DNA of 64,000 bases from an uncultured Alphaproteobacteria bacterium. Its GTDB lineage: Bacteria > Pseudomonadota > Alphaproteobacteria > HIMB59 > GCA-002718135. Where the stretch lies: NCBI GenBank assembly GCA_902603095.1, contig CACKTS010000003.1, positions 728-64,727 on the forward strand, given 5' to 3'. The translations under genes and the position numbers were made by a program. The notes under the pieces are model-generated. The model had not been told where the DNA came from, did not search any database, and saw only the letters and a list, made by a program, of their open reading frames with translations. Shown here one piece after another: positions 44,919 through 55,800 of this stretch (position 1 is the first letter of the stretch; each line of letters begins with the position of its first letter).

Positions 44919-45197
44919 ATGAGCAATAACGAGTCAATTAAAGATACTTTAAATGTAATAAGAAAAGCATTAGAAGATGATAATGAATTTTCTCCTAAAA
45001 ATAGTAATATACTTATTCTAAATAAAAAAATAAATGATGATGGCACAGTTAAATTATTAAATCAATCTGATGACATTAATGAGATAAATAATATAATTGA
45101 TAATAAACTTACTGATTTACTTGAAAAAAAAATGAGTAACATGCTTGAAAGTCAACTACCAATTATTCTTGATAATTATTTTAAAAATAAAAAATAA
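44919..45197 (+). CDS. Small DUF2497/PopZ-like protein (92 aa)
   Basis: The N-terminus ESIKDTLNVIRKALEDD resembles the PopZ N-terminal helix (MEEILASIRRIISEDD). The C-terminus LEKKMSNMLESQLPIILDNYF resembles the PopZ C-terminal oligomerisation region (LRPMLKEWLDENLP). It sits between tolC and valS. Confidence 0.5.
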   Translation: MSNNESIKDTLNVIRKALEDDNEFSPKNSNILILNKKINDDGTVKLLNQSDDINEINNIIDNKLTDLLEKKMSNMLESQLPIILDNYFKNKK

Positions 45198-45198
45198 T

Positions 45199-47826
45199 AT
45201 GACACTACCAAAGTTTTTTGATTTCTTAGAGGATGAAAAAATAATTTATTCTGATTGGGAAAAGTCTAATTGTTTTAAGTCTAAAAAAAATAAAGAATCA
45301 TATTCAATTATGATGCCTCCTCCAAATGTGACAGGAAGTTTGCATATGGGGCATGCTCTTACTTTTACAATTCAAGATATTTTAATTCGTTTCCATAGAA
45401 TGAAAGGAAAAGAGGTACTATGGCAAGCTGGAACAGATCATGCGGGTATTGCAACACAAATGGTTGTTGAAAGAAAATTATCTGAACAAGGGGTAGACAG
45501 GAGGAAATTAGGTAGAGAAAAATTTATAGAAAAAGTTTGGGAATGGAAGAATGAATCAGGTGGAAATATAAGTAATCAATTAAGAAGGTTAGGAGCCTCA
45601 GCCGACTGGTCTAGAGAGAGATTTACTATGGATGAAGGTCTTTCCAAAGCAGTACGTAAAGTTTTTGTTGATTTATATAATGATGGTATAATTTACAAAG
45701 ATAAAAGATTAGTAAATTGGGATCCAAAATTATTAACTGCAATTTCAGATTTAGAAGTTGAACAAAGAGATCAAGAAGGTAGCCTTTGGCATATAAAATA
45801 TCCAATTAATAAAGATAATTATATCGTTGTAGCTACTACAAGGCCAGAGACATTATTAGGTGACTCCGCTGTCGCAGTTCATCCTGAAGATACAAGATAT
45901 AAAAATTTAATTGGTCAATTTTGTAAGTTGCCATTGGTTAATAAAAATATACCAATTATTGCAGATGAATATGCTGATCCAGAAAAAGGCTCTGGAGCTG
46001 TGAAAATTACACCAGCTCATGATTTTAATGATTTTGAAGTTGGTAAAAGACATGAGCTAGAATTTATTAATATTTTTGATGAATTTGCAAAAATAAATGA
46101 AAATGCACCAGAAAGATTTCAAGGTTTAAATAGATTTGAGGCTAGAAAATCAATATTAGAAGAGCTTTCAAAATTAGGCTTACTTATTAAGGAAGAAAAA
46201 CAAGAGATGGTTATTCCTTATGGAGATAGATCAGGAGTTGTAATTGAGCCATGGTTAACAGATCAATGGTTTTGCAATGCTAAAAAATTAGCAATAGATC
46301 CTATAAAGTCAGTTAAAGAAAATAAGACAACTTTTGTTCCAAAAAATTGGGAAAATACTTTTTTTAATTGGATGGAAAATATTCAGCCTTGGTGTATCTC
46401 AAGACAGTTATGGTGGGGCCACCAAATACCTGCTTGGTATGGTCCTGATGATAAAAGTTTTGTTGCTTCATCACTAGAGGATGCAAAATTAATGGCAAAA
46501 AATCATTATGGGAAAGAAGTTGAATTAAAACAAGACGAAGATGTATTAGATACTTGGTTCTCTTCAGCTCTTTGGACTTTCTCTACATTAGATTGGCCTG
46601 ATAAAACATACGAAATTGATAGATTTTATCCGGGCAATGTTCTTGTTACTGGTTTTGATATTATTTTTTTCTGGGTTGCGAGAATGATGATGATGGGATC
46701 GCATTTTATGAAAGAAACTCCCTTTAAAGATATTTATATTCATCCATTAATTAGGGACGAAAAAGGTCAAAAAATGTCAAAGTCAAAGGGCAATATAATA
46801 GACCCATTAGTTTTATTAGATAAATATGGGGCTGATACACTAAGATTTACTTTAACAGCTTTATTAAATCCAGGCAGAGATGTAAAGTTAGCTGAAGAAA
46901 GAGTAAAAGGATATAAGTCTTTTACCAATAAAGTTTGGAATGCTGCAAATTTTTTAAATTTAAATGATGTTAAATTTATTGATCAAATTGATACTGAAAC
47001 AATAAACTTAGACAGTAGTAAGTGGATACTAAAAGAATTTGAAGAAGTTCAAAAAAAATATTTTTCAAATATTGAAAAATATCAATTTCATGAAATAGCT
47101 AGCTTAATGTATCATTTCACCTGGCATACATTTTGTGACTGGTATATTGAGTTTATTAAATCTGATTTTAAAGACCCTGATAAATCTCAAGAAACAAAAA
47201 AAATTTCAGGATGGGTTTTTGTTCAAACATTAAAATTACTTCATCCAATTATGCCTTTTATCACTGAAAAATTATGGCTGTCTCTTGTTAATAAAGAGAC
47301 TTTTTTAATGAGTCAAAATTTTAACAAAGTAAATTTTGATCAATCTTTTGATAATAGCAAAAAATATATCTTAAAGATTATTGAAATATTAACGTCTTTA
47401 AGAAATTTGAGAGCTGATTTAAATATATCTTATAAGAAAGAAATAGATATTATTATAGATACAAAAAATAATAACTTAATAGAATTTATTACAAATTATC
47501 AAACAGAATTTAAAAGACTTCTAAAAATAAATTCAATATTGTTTGATGAAAATAAATCACAAAAAAAATCTGCCTTTATTGTTTTGAATGATATTACTAT
47601 CTTAATACCTTTGGATGGCATAGTTGATATAGAAAAAGAAATAATTAAGTTAGAAGATAAAAAAAATACATATAACGAAAAACTAAAATCTATTTTAGGA
47701 AAATTAAATAATAAAGCTTTTATTGATAAAGCTCCTGATGATGTTATAGAAAATTTTAGAATTCAAGAGCAAGAAATGAAATCTTCTATTGAAAAAATTA
47801 ATGAAATAATAAATACTATTAATTAA
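45199..47826 (+). CDS. valS: Valyl-tRNA synthetase
   Basis: PPPNVTGSLHMGHA (HIGH), KMSKSKGN (KMSKS) and a C-terminal coiled coil. I chose the ATG at 45199 over the upstream start at 45145, which overlaps the previous gene. Confidence 0.95.
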   Translation: MTLPKFFDFLEDEKIIYSDWEKSNCFKSKKNKESYSIMMPPPNVTGSLHMGHALTFTIQDILIRFHRMKGKEVLWQAGTDHAGIATQMVVERKLSEQGVDRRKLGREKFIEKVWEWKNESGGNISNQLRRLGASADWSRERFTMDEGLSKAVRKVFVDLYNDGIIYKDKRLVNWDPKLLTAISDLEVEQRDQEGSLWHIKYPINKDNYIVVATTRPETLLGDSAVAVHPEDTRYKNLIGQFCKLPLVNKNIPIIADEYADPEKGSGAVKITPAHDFNDFEVGKRHELEFINIFDEFAKINENAPERFQGLNRFEARKSILEELSKLGLLIKEEKQEMVIPYGDRSGVVIEPWLTDQWFCNAKKLAIDPIKSVKENKTTFVPKNWENTFFNWMENIQPWCISRQLWWGHQIPAWYGPDDKSFVASSLEDAKLMAKNHYGKEVELKQDEDVLDTWFSSALWTFSTLDWPDKTYEIDRFYPGNVLVTGFDIIFFWVARMMMMGSHFMKETPFKDIYIHPLIRDEKGQKMSKSKGNIIDPLVLLDKYGADTLRFTLTALLNPGRDVKLAEERVKGYKSFTNKVWNAANFLNLNDVKFIDQIDTETINLDSSKWILKEFEEVQKKYFSNIEKYQFHEIASLMYHFTWHTFCDWYIEFIKSDFKDPDKSQETKKISGWVFVQTLKLLHPIMPFITEKLWLSLVNKETFLMSQNFNKVNFDQSFDNSKKYILKIIEILTSLRNLRADLNISYKKEIDIIIDTKNNNLIEFITNYQTEFKRLLKINSILFDENKSQKKSAFIVLNDITILIPLDGIVDIEKEIIKLEDKKNTYNEKLKSILGKLNNKAFIDKAPDDVIENFRIQEQEMKSSIEKINEIINTIN

Positions 47827-49554
47827 ATGTCAGATAAAGGTTCAAATATTAAATCTAGACTACCTAGCAGACATGTTAGTGTGGGTCCTAAAAGTGCACC
47901 TCATAGATCAATGTATTATGCTATGGGCTTAACAGAAGAACAGATTTATCAACCTTTTGTTGGTGTAGCTACAACTTGGAATGAATCTGCTCCATGTAAC
48001 ATTACATTAGGCAGACAGGCGCAATCTGTAAAAAAGGGTGTTAAAGAAGTAAATGGTACACCTCGAGAATTTACTACAATAACTGTAACAGACGGTATAG
48101 CCATGGGCCATGAAGCTATGAAAGCCTCTTTAGTAAGTAGGGAAGTTATTGCTGACTCCGTTGAACTATCTGTAAGAGGACATTGTTATGATGGTATAGT
48201 TGGTTTAGCAGGATGTGATAAATCACTACCAGGTTTAATGATGTCTATGGTAAGATTAAATATTCCTTCAGTATTTATATATGGTGGTTCAATATTGCCG
48301 GGAAATTATAAAGGTAAAGATTTAACAATTATTGATGTTTTTGAAGCTGTTGGAAAACATGCTTCAGGTGAAATTGATGAGAATGAATTAAAAAATATTG
48401 AAAAAGTTGCATGCCCAACGGCAGGTTCTTGTGGAGGTCAATTTACTGCAAATACTATGGCTTGTATCTCTGAAGCTGTTGGCCTAGCCTTAACTAATTC
48501 TGCTATGACTCCAGCTACATATGAAGAAAGAGATAATTATGGTTTTGAAAGTGGTAAAGCGGTGATGAACCTTATAGAAAAAAATATTAGACCTAGAGAT
48601 ATAGTCACATTAGAATCTTTAAAAAACGCAGCAGTTGTTGTAGCTGCTACTGGCGGTTCTACAAATGCAGCTCTTCATTTACCTGCCATAGCTAACGAAG
48701 CAGGAATTAAATTTACTTTGAAAGATGTTGTCGAAATTTATCAATCTACACCTTACATAGGAGATATGTCACCTGGCGGTAAATACGTTGCAAAAGATTT
48801 ATATGAAGTCGGAGGTGTTCCTATTGTTATAAAATCTCTTTTAGATGGAGGATATATAAATGGTGATTGTATGACAGTTACTGGCAAAACTATTGGTGAA
48901 AATCACAAAAGTGTTATTTTTCCAAAAGATCAAGATGTTGTTTATCCTTGCGATAATCCTATTAGTGATCATAGTTCTGTGGTAGGCTTATGGGGCAATC
49001 TTGCTGAAGAGGGTTCAATTTCTAAAATAGCTGGTTTAAAAAACTTATCGTTTAAAGGCAAAGCTAAATGTTTTGATTGCGAAGAAGATGCCCTAACTGC
49101 GGTTTTAAAAAATGAAATTATCGCTGGAGATGCAGTAATAATTCGATATGAAGGACCTAAAGGCGGTCCAGGAATGAGAGAAATGCTATCGACTACAGCA
49201 GCAATATATGGTCAAGGTTTAGGAGAAACTGTTGCCTTAATCACAGACGGTCGATTTTCTGGAGGTACTAGAGGTTTTTGCATTGGTCATGTTGGACCAG
49301 AAGCTGCTGTCGGGGGAATGATAGGACTTTTAAAAGATGGTGATGAAATTGTAATTGATGCAATTAAAGGTGAAATAAATGTTTCTTTAACTGATGAAGA
49401 AATTATTAAAAGAAAAAAGGATTGGAAACCAAGAACAACTAATCATAATTCTGGATCAATATGGAAATATGCGCAAACTGTTGGACCAGCCTATGAAGGT
49501 GCTGTTACACAACCTGGGGCAAAAGATGAGACCCACACCTACGCGGATATTTAA
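47827..49554 (+). CDS. ilvD: Dihydroxy-acid dehydratase
   Basis: The [11 protein letters not shown] and GRFSGGT motifs. 575 aa. Confidence 0.95.
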   Translation: MSDKGSNIKSRLPSRHVSVGPKSAPHRSMYYAMGLTEEQIYQPFVGVATTWNESAPCNITLGRQAQSVKKGVKEVNGTPREFTTITVTDGIAMGHEAMKASLVSREVIADSVELSVRGHCYDGIVGLAGCDKSLPGLMMSMVRLNIPSVFIYGGSILPGNYKGKDLTIIDVFEAVGKHASGEIDENELKNIEKVACPTAGSCGGQFTANTMACISEAVGLALTNSAMTPATYEERDNYGFESGKAVMNLIEKNIRPRDIVTLESLKNAAVVVAATGGSTNAALHLPAIANEAGIKFTLKDVVEIYQSTPYIGDMSPGGKYVAKDLYEVGGVPIVIKSLLDGGYINGDCMTVTGKTIGENHKSVIFPKDQDVVYPCDNPISDHSSVVGLWGNLAEEGSISKIAGLKNLSFKGKAKCFDCEEDALTAVLKNEIIAGDAVIIRYEGPKGGPGMREMLSTTAAIYGQGLGETVALITDGRFSGGTRGFCIGHVGPEAAVGGMIGLLKDGDEIVIDAIKGEINVSLTDEEIIKRKKDWKPRTTNHNSGSIWKYAQTVGPAYEGAVTQPGAKDETHTYADI

Positions 49555-50336
49555 TCCTCTAAAGTAATAGTAACTGGAGTATGATCTGAAGCTTTTTCCC
49601 ATCCCCTAGGTTCACGATTTACTTCAACTTTTTTTATTAAATCAGTAACATTTGCTGTAGTTAAAAAGTGATCAATTCTAAGGCCATTTCCTTTTTGCCA
49701 TCCTCCACCTCGATAACCCCAGAATGTCCAGTTAGTCTTACCCTCAATAAAGTGCTTCACTAGATCTGTAAAACCCATATTGATTAATATTCTATACTGC
49801 TCTCTAGTTAAAGGATGAGCACATGCATCATTCTTAAAATTTTCTGGAGAATATACGTCATCATCTGATGGAATCACATTAAAGTCCCCAGCTATTATAA
49901 TTGGTATATTTTTATCTTTAAGATCTTTTATATATTCATTTAATTTTTTCATCCACTCAATCTTGTAATCAAATTTTTCAGTTTCAATAGGATTACCATT
50001 TGGAAGATAAATATTTATTAATTTTATTTTCTCCTTTATCTTTTTTAACTTTATTTCAGTTTCAATAAATCGAGCATTTGGATCATTATATTTAGGAATT
50101 GATATATTTTTAACTTCTAGTGATTTTTTACTTAATATTGCCACCCCATTCCAAGCTTTTTGACCATTTACATAAGAGTTATATCCCATACTTTTTATTA
50201 CTTCTTTTGGAAAAGCATCTTCAACAGTTTTTAACTCTTGAAGTAAATATATATCTGATTGATCTTTTTTAATAAATTTTTCTAAATGTTCAATTCTTGC
50301 ATTAACTGAATTTACATTCCATGTTGATATTTTCAT
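49551..50336 (-). CDS. xthA: Exodeoxyribonuclease III (AP endonuclease)
   Basis: [21 protein letters not shown] and SDHTPV motifs. I chose the ATG at 50336, which overlaps the erpA stop by 1 nt. Confidence 0.9.
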   Translation of the reverse strand: MKISTWNVNSVNARIEHLEKFIKKDQSDIYLLQELKTVEDAFPKEVIKSMGYNSYVNGQKAWNGVAILSKKSLEVKNISIPKYNDPNARFIETEIKLKKIKEKIKLINIYLPNGNPIETEKFDYKIEWMKKLNEYIKDLKDKNIPIIIAGDFNVIPSDDDVYSPENFKNDACAHPLTREQYRILINMGFTDLVKHFIEGKTNWTFWGYRGGGWQKGNGLRIDHFLTTANVTDLIKKVEVNREPRGWEKASDHTPVTITLED

Positions 50337-50659
50337 CAAATAGAAAATGAAGTACCACAACCACAGGATGATGACGCTTGAGGATTGGTGATCTTAAAAG
50401 AAGATCCGATCAATTCAGTAACATAATCAATTTTTGAATTTTGAATTAATTCCATTGAAGTTTCATCTATAACTACATTGATTTTTTCTTCTTCAATTAA
50501 AATATCATCCTCTTTTTTTAGATTTTCAAAGTCAAATTTATATTGGAATCCTGCGCATCCTCCACCTAATACAGTAATTCTGAAATAACTAGCAGAGTCT
50601 TTTTTTAAAATAGATGCTATATGTTCTTGAGCATTGTTTGTTATTTCTATCTTATTCAT
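50336..50659 (-). CDS. erpA: Iron-sulfur cluster insertion protein ErpA/IscA (HesB family)
   Basis: 107 aa. GGGCAGFQY and the C-terminal CGCGTSF cysteine motif. Confidence 0.88.
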   Translation of the reverse strand: MNKIEITNNAQEHIASILKKDSASYFRITVLGGGCAGFQYKFDFENLKKEDDILIEEEKINVVIDETSMELIQNSKIDYVTELIGSSFKITNPQASSSCGCGTSFSI

Positions 50660-50712
50660 AATAAATCAATATATATACTTATTTATATTTAGAATTTATA
50701 GCAAAATTTGCA

Positions 50713-51834
50713 ATGTTTAACCATTTAGCTGCATCACCTCAATCAAGTAAAGGTCGATTATTTAAAGAAATTGACTCAGATCATAACAGAAGTCCTTATG
50801 AAAGAGATAGATCAAGAGTAATTCATTCAAGTTCTTTCCGTAAATTAAAATTTAAAACTCAAGTATTTATTGAGAGTGAAATTGACTATTATAGAACCAG
50901 ACTTACACATTCATTAGAGGTATCTCAAATTTCAAGATCAATTTGTAGATTATTAAATTTAAATGAAGATTTAGGAGAAACTGTTGCATTGGCTCATGAT
51001 CTGGGACACCCTCCTTTTGGTCATAATGGGGAAAAAGCATTAAATCATGCAATGCAAGATCACGGAGGCTTCAATCATAATGATCAAACATTACGAGTAC
51101 TTACTTATATTGAAAAGAGACACCCTAATTTTAATGGCATTAATCTTACATGGGAAAGTCTAGAAGGAATTGTAAAGCATAATGGAGTAGTTTTGAAAAA
51201 TATACCTTTTCATACAAATTTATATAATAAAAAACATAATTTATTTTTAGATAAGCAACCATTTTTAGAATCACAAGTTGCAGCAATTTCCGATGATGTA
51301 GCATATAATAATCATGACATTGAAGATGCGATCAGAGCGGGTTTACTTACTATAGATCAACTTAAAGAAAATGTTTTTTTTAAAAACATTATTATAGATT
51401 TAAAAAAAGAATATAAGAATATTGATGATAAATTACTTATGTTTCAGGTTTTAAGAAAAAGTATGTCTTTGATGATTCATGATATTTTTATGGAAACAAG
51501 TAGTAATATTAAAAATTTTAAAATTAATACAATTGATGATTTTCAAAATCATGATAATTTTATTGTTTGCTTCTCTACTGGAATGAATTCAAAATCAAAA
51601 GATATTAAATCTTTTTTATTTGATAATGTTTATAATCATAAGAATCTCCTCAATAAAAGACATAAAGTAGAAAAAATAATTTTAAATTTATTTAAATATT
51701 TTTATAATTCTCCAAATAAACTTCCTGAGGATTGGTTGAATAAAAATGAACCTATAGAAAGAATAATTTGTGATTATATTTCAGGAATGACAGATAGATT
51801 TGCTTCAAGACTTCATAAGGAATTATATGAATAA
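50713..51834 (+). CDS. dgt: dGTP triphosphohydrolase-like HD-domain protein
   Basis: RDRSRVIHSSSFRKLKFKTQVF, RLTHSLEVSQISR and HDLGHPPFGH. Confidence 0.88.
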   Translation: MFNHLAASPQSSKGRLFKEIDSDHNRSPYERDRSRVIHSSSFRKLKFKTQVFIESEIDYYRTRLTHSLEVSQISRSICRLLNLNEDLGETVALAHDLGHPPFGHNGEKALNHAMQDHGGFNHNDQTLRVLTYIEKRHPNFNGINLTWESLEGIVKHNGVVLKNIPFHTNLYNKKHNLFLDKQPFLESQVAAISDDVAYNNHDIEDAIRAGLLTIDQLKENVFFKNIIIDLKKEYKNIDDKLLMFQVLRKSMSLMIHDIFMETSSNIKNFKINTIDDFQNHDNFIVCFSTGMNSKSKDIKSFLFDNVYNHKNLLNKRHKVEKIILNLFKYFYNSPNKLPEDWLNKNEPIERIICDYISGMTDRFASRLHKELYE

Positions 51835-53566
51835 TCATATAGAATTACTTCATAATTATTTTATCAAATATTCTAGAGAAGCTATAGATAAAAATTTATT
51901 TGAAAATATAAATACAAAATCAATAAGTATTGATTTTTCATCTAAATCAAGAAAGGGTGATATTTCTTCAAACTTTTATCTTGTTGCAATAAAAAAAATT
52001 AAAGATAAAAATTTCAACTTTAAAGATGATTTATTAAAAGGTTTAAGTGAATTATTTTTTGTGCAGGATTGTGATATTTCTAAAAATGGTTTTATTAATA
52101 TTAATATTAAAAAAGAATTTCTAATTGAGCAAATATTTTATTTACTTAATGAAAAAGACAAATTTGGTAAATCGAATTTTGGTAAAGCAAAACATGTTAA
52201 TATAGAATTTGTATCCGCTAATCCTACTGGTCCAATAACAGTAGCTCATATGCGAGGGGCCGTTCTGGGAGATGTAATAACATCTTTACTTTTAAATTCA
52301 GGTTATAAAGTTACGAGAGAATATTATGTTAATAATGCTGGTTCTCAAATCAATATACTTGGTAACTCCTTATACAAAAGATATTTGGAGTTATTTGGTC
52401 AATCTATAAAATTGAATCATGATGAATATCCAGGTGAATACCTTATTGAAATAGCTAAGTTAATTAAAAAAGAGGATGGAGATAAATGGGTTGAAAAAAA
52501 TTCTAAAGATAAAGAAAATTACTTTAAAACTTATGCTGTTAAGTATTTACTTAATATAATAAAAAAAGATCTAAAACTTCTAAATATTGAATTTGATAAA
52601 TTTTCATTTGAGACAGATATAGTTTCTAGTAATGTAATAAATGATTTATTTAAAATTTTAGATGATTCTGATCTTTTATATAATGGGGTATTAGAAAAAC
52701 CTAAGGGTGAAGATATTGATGATTGGGAACCAAGATCACAATTACTTTTTAAATCTTCTCAAATTTTTGATGATCAAGATAGAGCATTAAAAAAATCTAA
52801 CGGAGAATGGACTTATTTTGCTAATGATGCAGCTTACCATTTAGATAAATTTAATAGAAAATTTGACAAATTAATTAATATTTGGGGAGCTGATCATATT
52901 GGATATATTCCTAGAATGAAATCAGTTTTAAAAATTATTTCTAATTCAGAAAATTATCTTGAAGTTTTAACTTGTCAAATTGTAAGGTTAATTAAGAACA
53001 ATAAAATTTTAAAAATGTCCAAGAGAGAAGGAAATTTTGTAACTTTAAATGAAGTTTATAATCAAGTTGGAAAAGATCCTCTTAGATATTTTATGATATC
53101 CAAAAAGTCTGAAACTTCAATAGATTTCGATTTAAATAAAGTTATTGAAAAAAACAAAGATAATCCAGTTTTTTATTGTCAATACGCTTACGCTAGAGCT
53201 TCTTCAGTTATAAACAAAGCTAATGATTTAGGAATAAATATTAATTCATTTAACAAAAATACAAAAATAAAAGAATATTTAACAAATGATGAAATTGAAA
53301 TAATTTTAAAATTGTTGTCATATCCTTATATATTACATCAGTCTGCTTTAAAAAGAGAACCTCATAGATTAACAAATTTTATAGAAGATGTTTCAATATC
53401 TTTTCATTCATTTTGGAATAAAGGTAAAGAAAATGAATCATTACGTTTTATTGATGAAAAAAATATTTTAAAATCACAAACTAAATTATTATGGTTACAT
53501 TCAATGAGAATAGTTTTTGAGAATATTTTTAATATTATTGGAATTGATTATCACGAAACAATGTAA
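51827..53566 (+). CDS. argS: Arginyl-tRNA synthetase
   Basis: EFVSANPTGPITVAHMRG (HIGH-type), the MSKREGNFV loop and a DALR anticodon-binding C-terminus. I prefer the ATG at 51827 (an 8-nt overlap with dgt) over 51800. Confidence 0.9.
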   Translation: MNNHIELLHNYFIKYSREAIDKNLFENINTKSISIDFSSKSRKGDISSNFYLVAIKKIKDKNFNFKDDLLKGLSELFFVQDCDISKNGFININIKKEFLIEQIFYLLNEKDKFGKSNFGKAKHVNIEFVSANPTGPITVAHMRGAVLGDVITSLLLNSGYKVTREYYVNNAGSQINILGNSLYKRYLELFGQSIKLNHDEYPGEYLIEIAKLIKKEDGDKWVEKNSKDKENYFKTYAVKYLLNIIKKDLKLLNIEFDKFSFETDIVSSNVINDLFKILDDSDLLYNGVLEKPKGEDIDDWEPRSQLLFKSSQIFDDQDRALKKSNGEWTYFANDAAYHLDKFNRKFDKLINIWGADHIGYIPRMKSVLKIISNSENYLEVLTCQIVRLIKNNKILKMSKREGNFVTLNEVYNQVGKDPLRYFMISKKSETSIDFDLNKVIEKNKDNPVFYCQYAYARASSVINKANDLGININSFNKNTKIKEYLTNDEIEIILKLLSYPYILHQSALKREPHRLTNFIEDVSISFHSFWNKGKENESLRFIDEKNILKSQTKLLWLHSMRIVFENIFNIIGIDYHETM

Positions 53567-54081
53567 TGAAACGTAGGATTATTTTTAAAAAAAAAAAATC
53601 ATTTACAAAAATTGTAATATCTTCTTTATTTGTAATAATTTTATTATTATTTTTTATTTTTTACTTAACTAGCAAAAACGAATTTTTAGTTATTCCAAAA
53701 AATAATGAAAGTTTTTATATAATACCTGAAGATAGAGGTGGTGAGAAAGTTGCTAATTTAGATAAAAAGAGCCTGAATCTAAAATCAATAAAAAAAAGTG
53801 ATACACTTAAAAATGATGCAAAAGATTTTCCGTTTAGTGTCCAATTCTACTCAAGTAATGATTTAGTGAGTATAAACAACTATCTAAACAAAATAACTAA
53901 ATCAAAAGAAAATATTTATTATTTAGAAGATTTCTTTATTTTAGCTCTTAATACTGACATTGGATTAGATTATTTTTTACTCTATAAAAAATTTGCAACT
54001 AGGGAAGCTGCAAAAAACTACTGTTTGAAATTTTTAACTAAAATTGAGAGATGTTTAATTGTAGATGTCACTAAATTTTAA
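53566..54081 (+). CDS. Membrane-anchored SPOR-like domain protein
   Basis: N-terminal TM helix. The C-terminus FSVQFYSSNDLVSINNYL...YFLLYKKFATREAAKNYC looks like a SPOR repeat. Its position after argS matches other Alphaproteobacteria. Confidence 0.55.
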   Translation: MKRRIIFKKKKSFTKIVISSLFVIILLLFFIFYLTSKNEFLVIPKNNESFYIIPEDRGGEKVANLDKKSLNLKSIKKSDTLKNDAKDFPFSVQFYSSNDLVSINNYLNKITKSKENIYYLEDFFILALNTDIGLDYFLLYKKFATREAAKNYCLKFLTKIERCLIVDVTKF

Positions 54082-54117
54082 ATTAGCCAGAATCATATTA
54101 AACTACTATAAGAAATT

Positions 54118-54885
54118 ATGCTTAATATTGACAATGATCTAAAAGAAATAAATTCATCTAAACAGTTTAATATTTCTTTAAACTCATACGAGGGACCAAT
54201 TGATCTTCTTTTAGATTTAGCTAGGAAACAAAAAGTTGATTTATCTGAAATTTCTATTTTGGAATTAGCTGAACAATACATCGATTTTATCAATAAATAT
54301 CATGATTTACACCTGGAAATAGCAGCTGATTATTTAGTAATGGCTGCATGGTTAACTTATCTAAAGTCAAGATTGCTCTTACCTAAAGAAGAAAAATTAG
54401 ATGAACATTCGCCAGAAGAACTGGAAGAAGCTCTTAAATATCAACTTCAAAGATTAGAAGCTTTCCAATCAATTTCTAAAAAATTATATTCTCGCCCTTT
54501 GATTGGCAGAGATGTTTTTTATGGTGGTTCATCAGAGGGTTTAAAAGTAAAATATAATATTAGATATTCTTCTACACTTTATGATTTATTAAAGGCATAT
54601 TCTACTATACTTCAAAAAGAAGATAGGGTGAGTCATCTTACTATAGCTTATTCTGAATTATTTTCTGTAGATGATGCTATACAAAGACTTAAAGGTATTT
54701 TTGGAGAACTTAAAGAGTGGACAAATTTTTTAAGCTTAATTCCTAAATTTAATTTTAACAAAGTTGTTAATAAATCTATTTTATCTTCAAATTTCGTTGC
54801 ATCTCTTGAATTAGCTAAGAATGGCTTTATAGATGTTAAACAAACTAGTCCATTTGGAAATATATTTGTAAAATTAAAAAAATGA
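54118..54885 (+). CDS. scpA: Segregation and condensation protein A
   Basis: YEGPIDLLLDLARKQKVDLSEISILELAEQY is the typical ScpA N-terminus. Confidence 0.88.
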   Translation: MLNIDNDLKEINSSKQFNISLNSYEGPIDLLLDLARKQKVDLSEISILELAEQYIDFINKYHDLHLEIAADYLVMAAWLTYLKSRLLLPKEEKLDEHSPEELEEALKYQLQRLEAFQSISKKLYSRPLIGRDVFYGGSSEGLKVKYNIRYSSTLYDLLKAYSTILQKEDRVSHLTIAYSELFSVDDAIQRLKGIFGELKEWTNFLSLIPKFNFNKVVNKSILSSNFVASLELAKNGFIDVKQTSPFGNIFVKLKK

Positions 54886-55520
54886 GCGTCAATAAAGATA
54901 CTAAAATTTTAGAAGCTATTTTATTTGCTTCTGGTGCCCCAGTTTCTGAAGAAGATCTTAAAGAAAAAATGATTAATAAAAAAGATTTTAAAAATGAAAT
55001 AACTAAACTTCAAGATTTTTATCAAACTAGAGGAATTAATCTATTAAAAACAGGAAATAAATGGTCATTCAGAACATCTGACTCAATTAAAGATGAATTA
55101 ACTATATTTAAACAACAAAAAAGAAAATTATCTAGAGCGGCAACAGAAACTTTATCAATAATTGCATATCAACAACCAATTACAAGATCTGAAATTGAAA
55201 ATATTAGAGGGGTTCAGATGGGGAGAGGTTCTTTAGACCATTTAATGGAAATTGGTTGGATTAAGCCGTCTGGTAGAAAAAATGTTCCTGGTAAGCCCGC
55301 TTTATGGGTAACTACTGAATTATTCATAGAGCATTTTGGTATTAAAAACTTATCTGATTTACCAAACAAAGATGAATTAAAAGCTAGTGGATTCTTAGAA
55401 AAAAGATCAGCTATTGCAACAATAACTGATATTGCCAATGCATCTGATTTAAATTTAGATGATGAGGTTGAAGAAGAAACATTAGACGATTTTATATCTG
55501 AAAAAAATACTTCTAAATAA
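54882..55520 (+). CDS. scpB: Segregation and condensation protein B
   Basis: ILEAILFASGAPVSEEDL, LSRAATETLSIIAYQQPITRSEIENIRGV. Confidence 0.88.
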   Translation: MSVNKDTKILEAILFASGAPVSEEDLKEKMINKKDFKNEITKLQDFYQTRGINLLKTGNKWSFRTSDSIKDELTIFKQQKRKLSRAATETLSIIAYQQPITRSEIENIRGVQMGRGSLDHLMEIGWIKPSGRKNVPGKPALWVTTELFIEHFGIKNLSDLPNKDELKASGFLEKRSAIATITDIANASDLNLDDEVEEETLDDFISEKNTSK

Positions 55521-55612
55521 TAAACTTTATTTTTCCTTGATTTTCCTCGATTTTATTGAGTTTTACTTTTTTGATTTTTACGTTATGAGCTTTTTATAAA
55601 AGGAGAAAATAT

Positions 55613-55798
55613 ATGACACCAAGTATTTGGCAACTTTTGATAGTATTAGTTATTGTGTTATTATTATTTGGTAGAGGTAAAATACCACAGCTTATGGGAG
55701 ATATGGCTAAAGGAATTAAATCCTTTAAAAAAGGCATGAGCGATGATGATAAAAAAGAAGACAAAAATATAGAGAATAATTCAGACGACGAAAAGTAA
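55613..55798 (+). CDS. tatA: Twin-arginine translocase subunit TatA
   Basis: [44 protein letters not shown]. Confidence 0.92.
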   Translation: MTPSIWQLLIVLVIVLLLFGRGKIPQLMGDMAKGIKSFKKGMSDDDKKEDKNIENNSDDEK

Positions 55799-55800
55799 TC

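Noticed and set aside
54093-54293. 66-aa minus-strand ORF spanning the SPOR/scpA junction.
   Set aside because: It overlaps the scpA start region in antisense. It has no RBS and no recognisable features. scpA is well supported.
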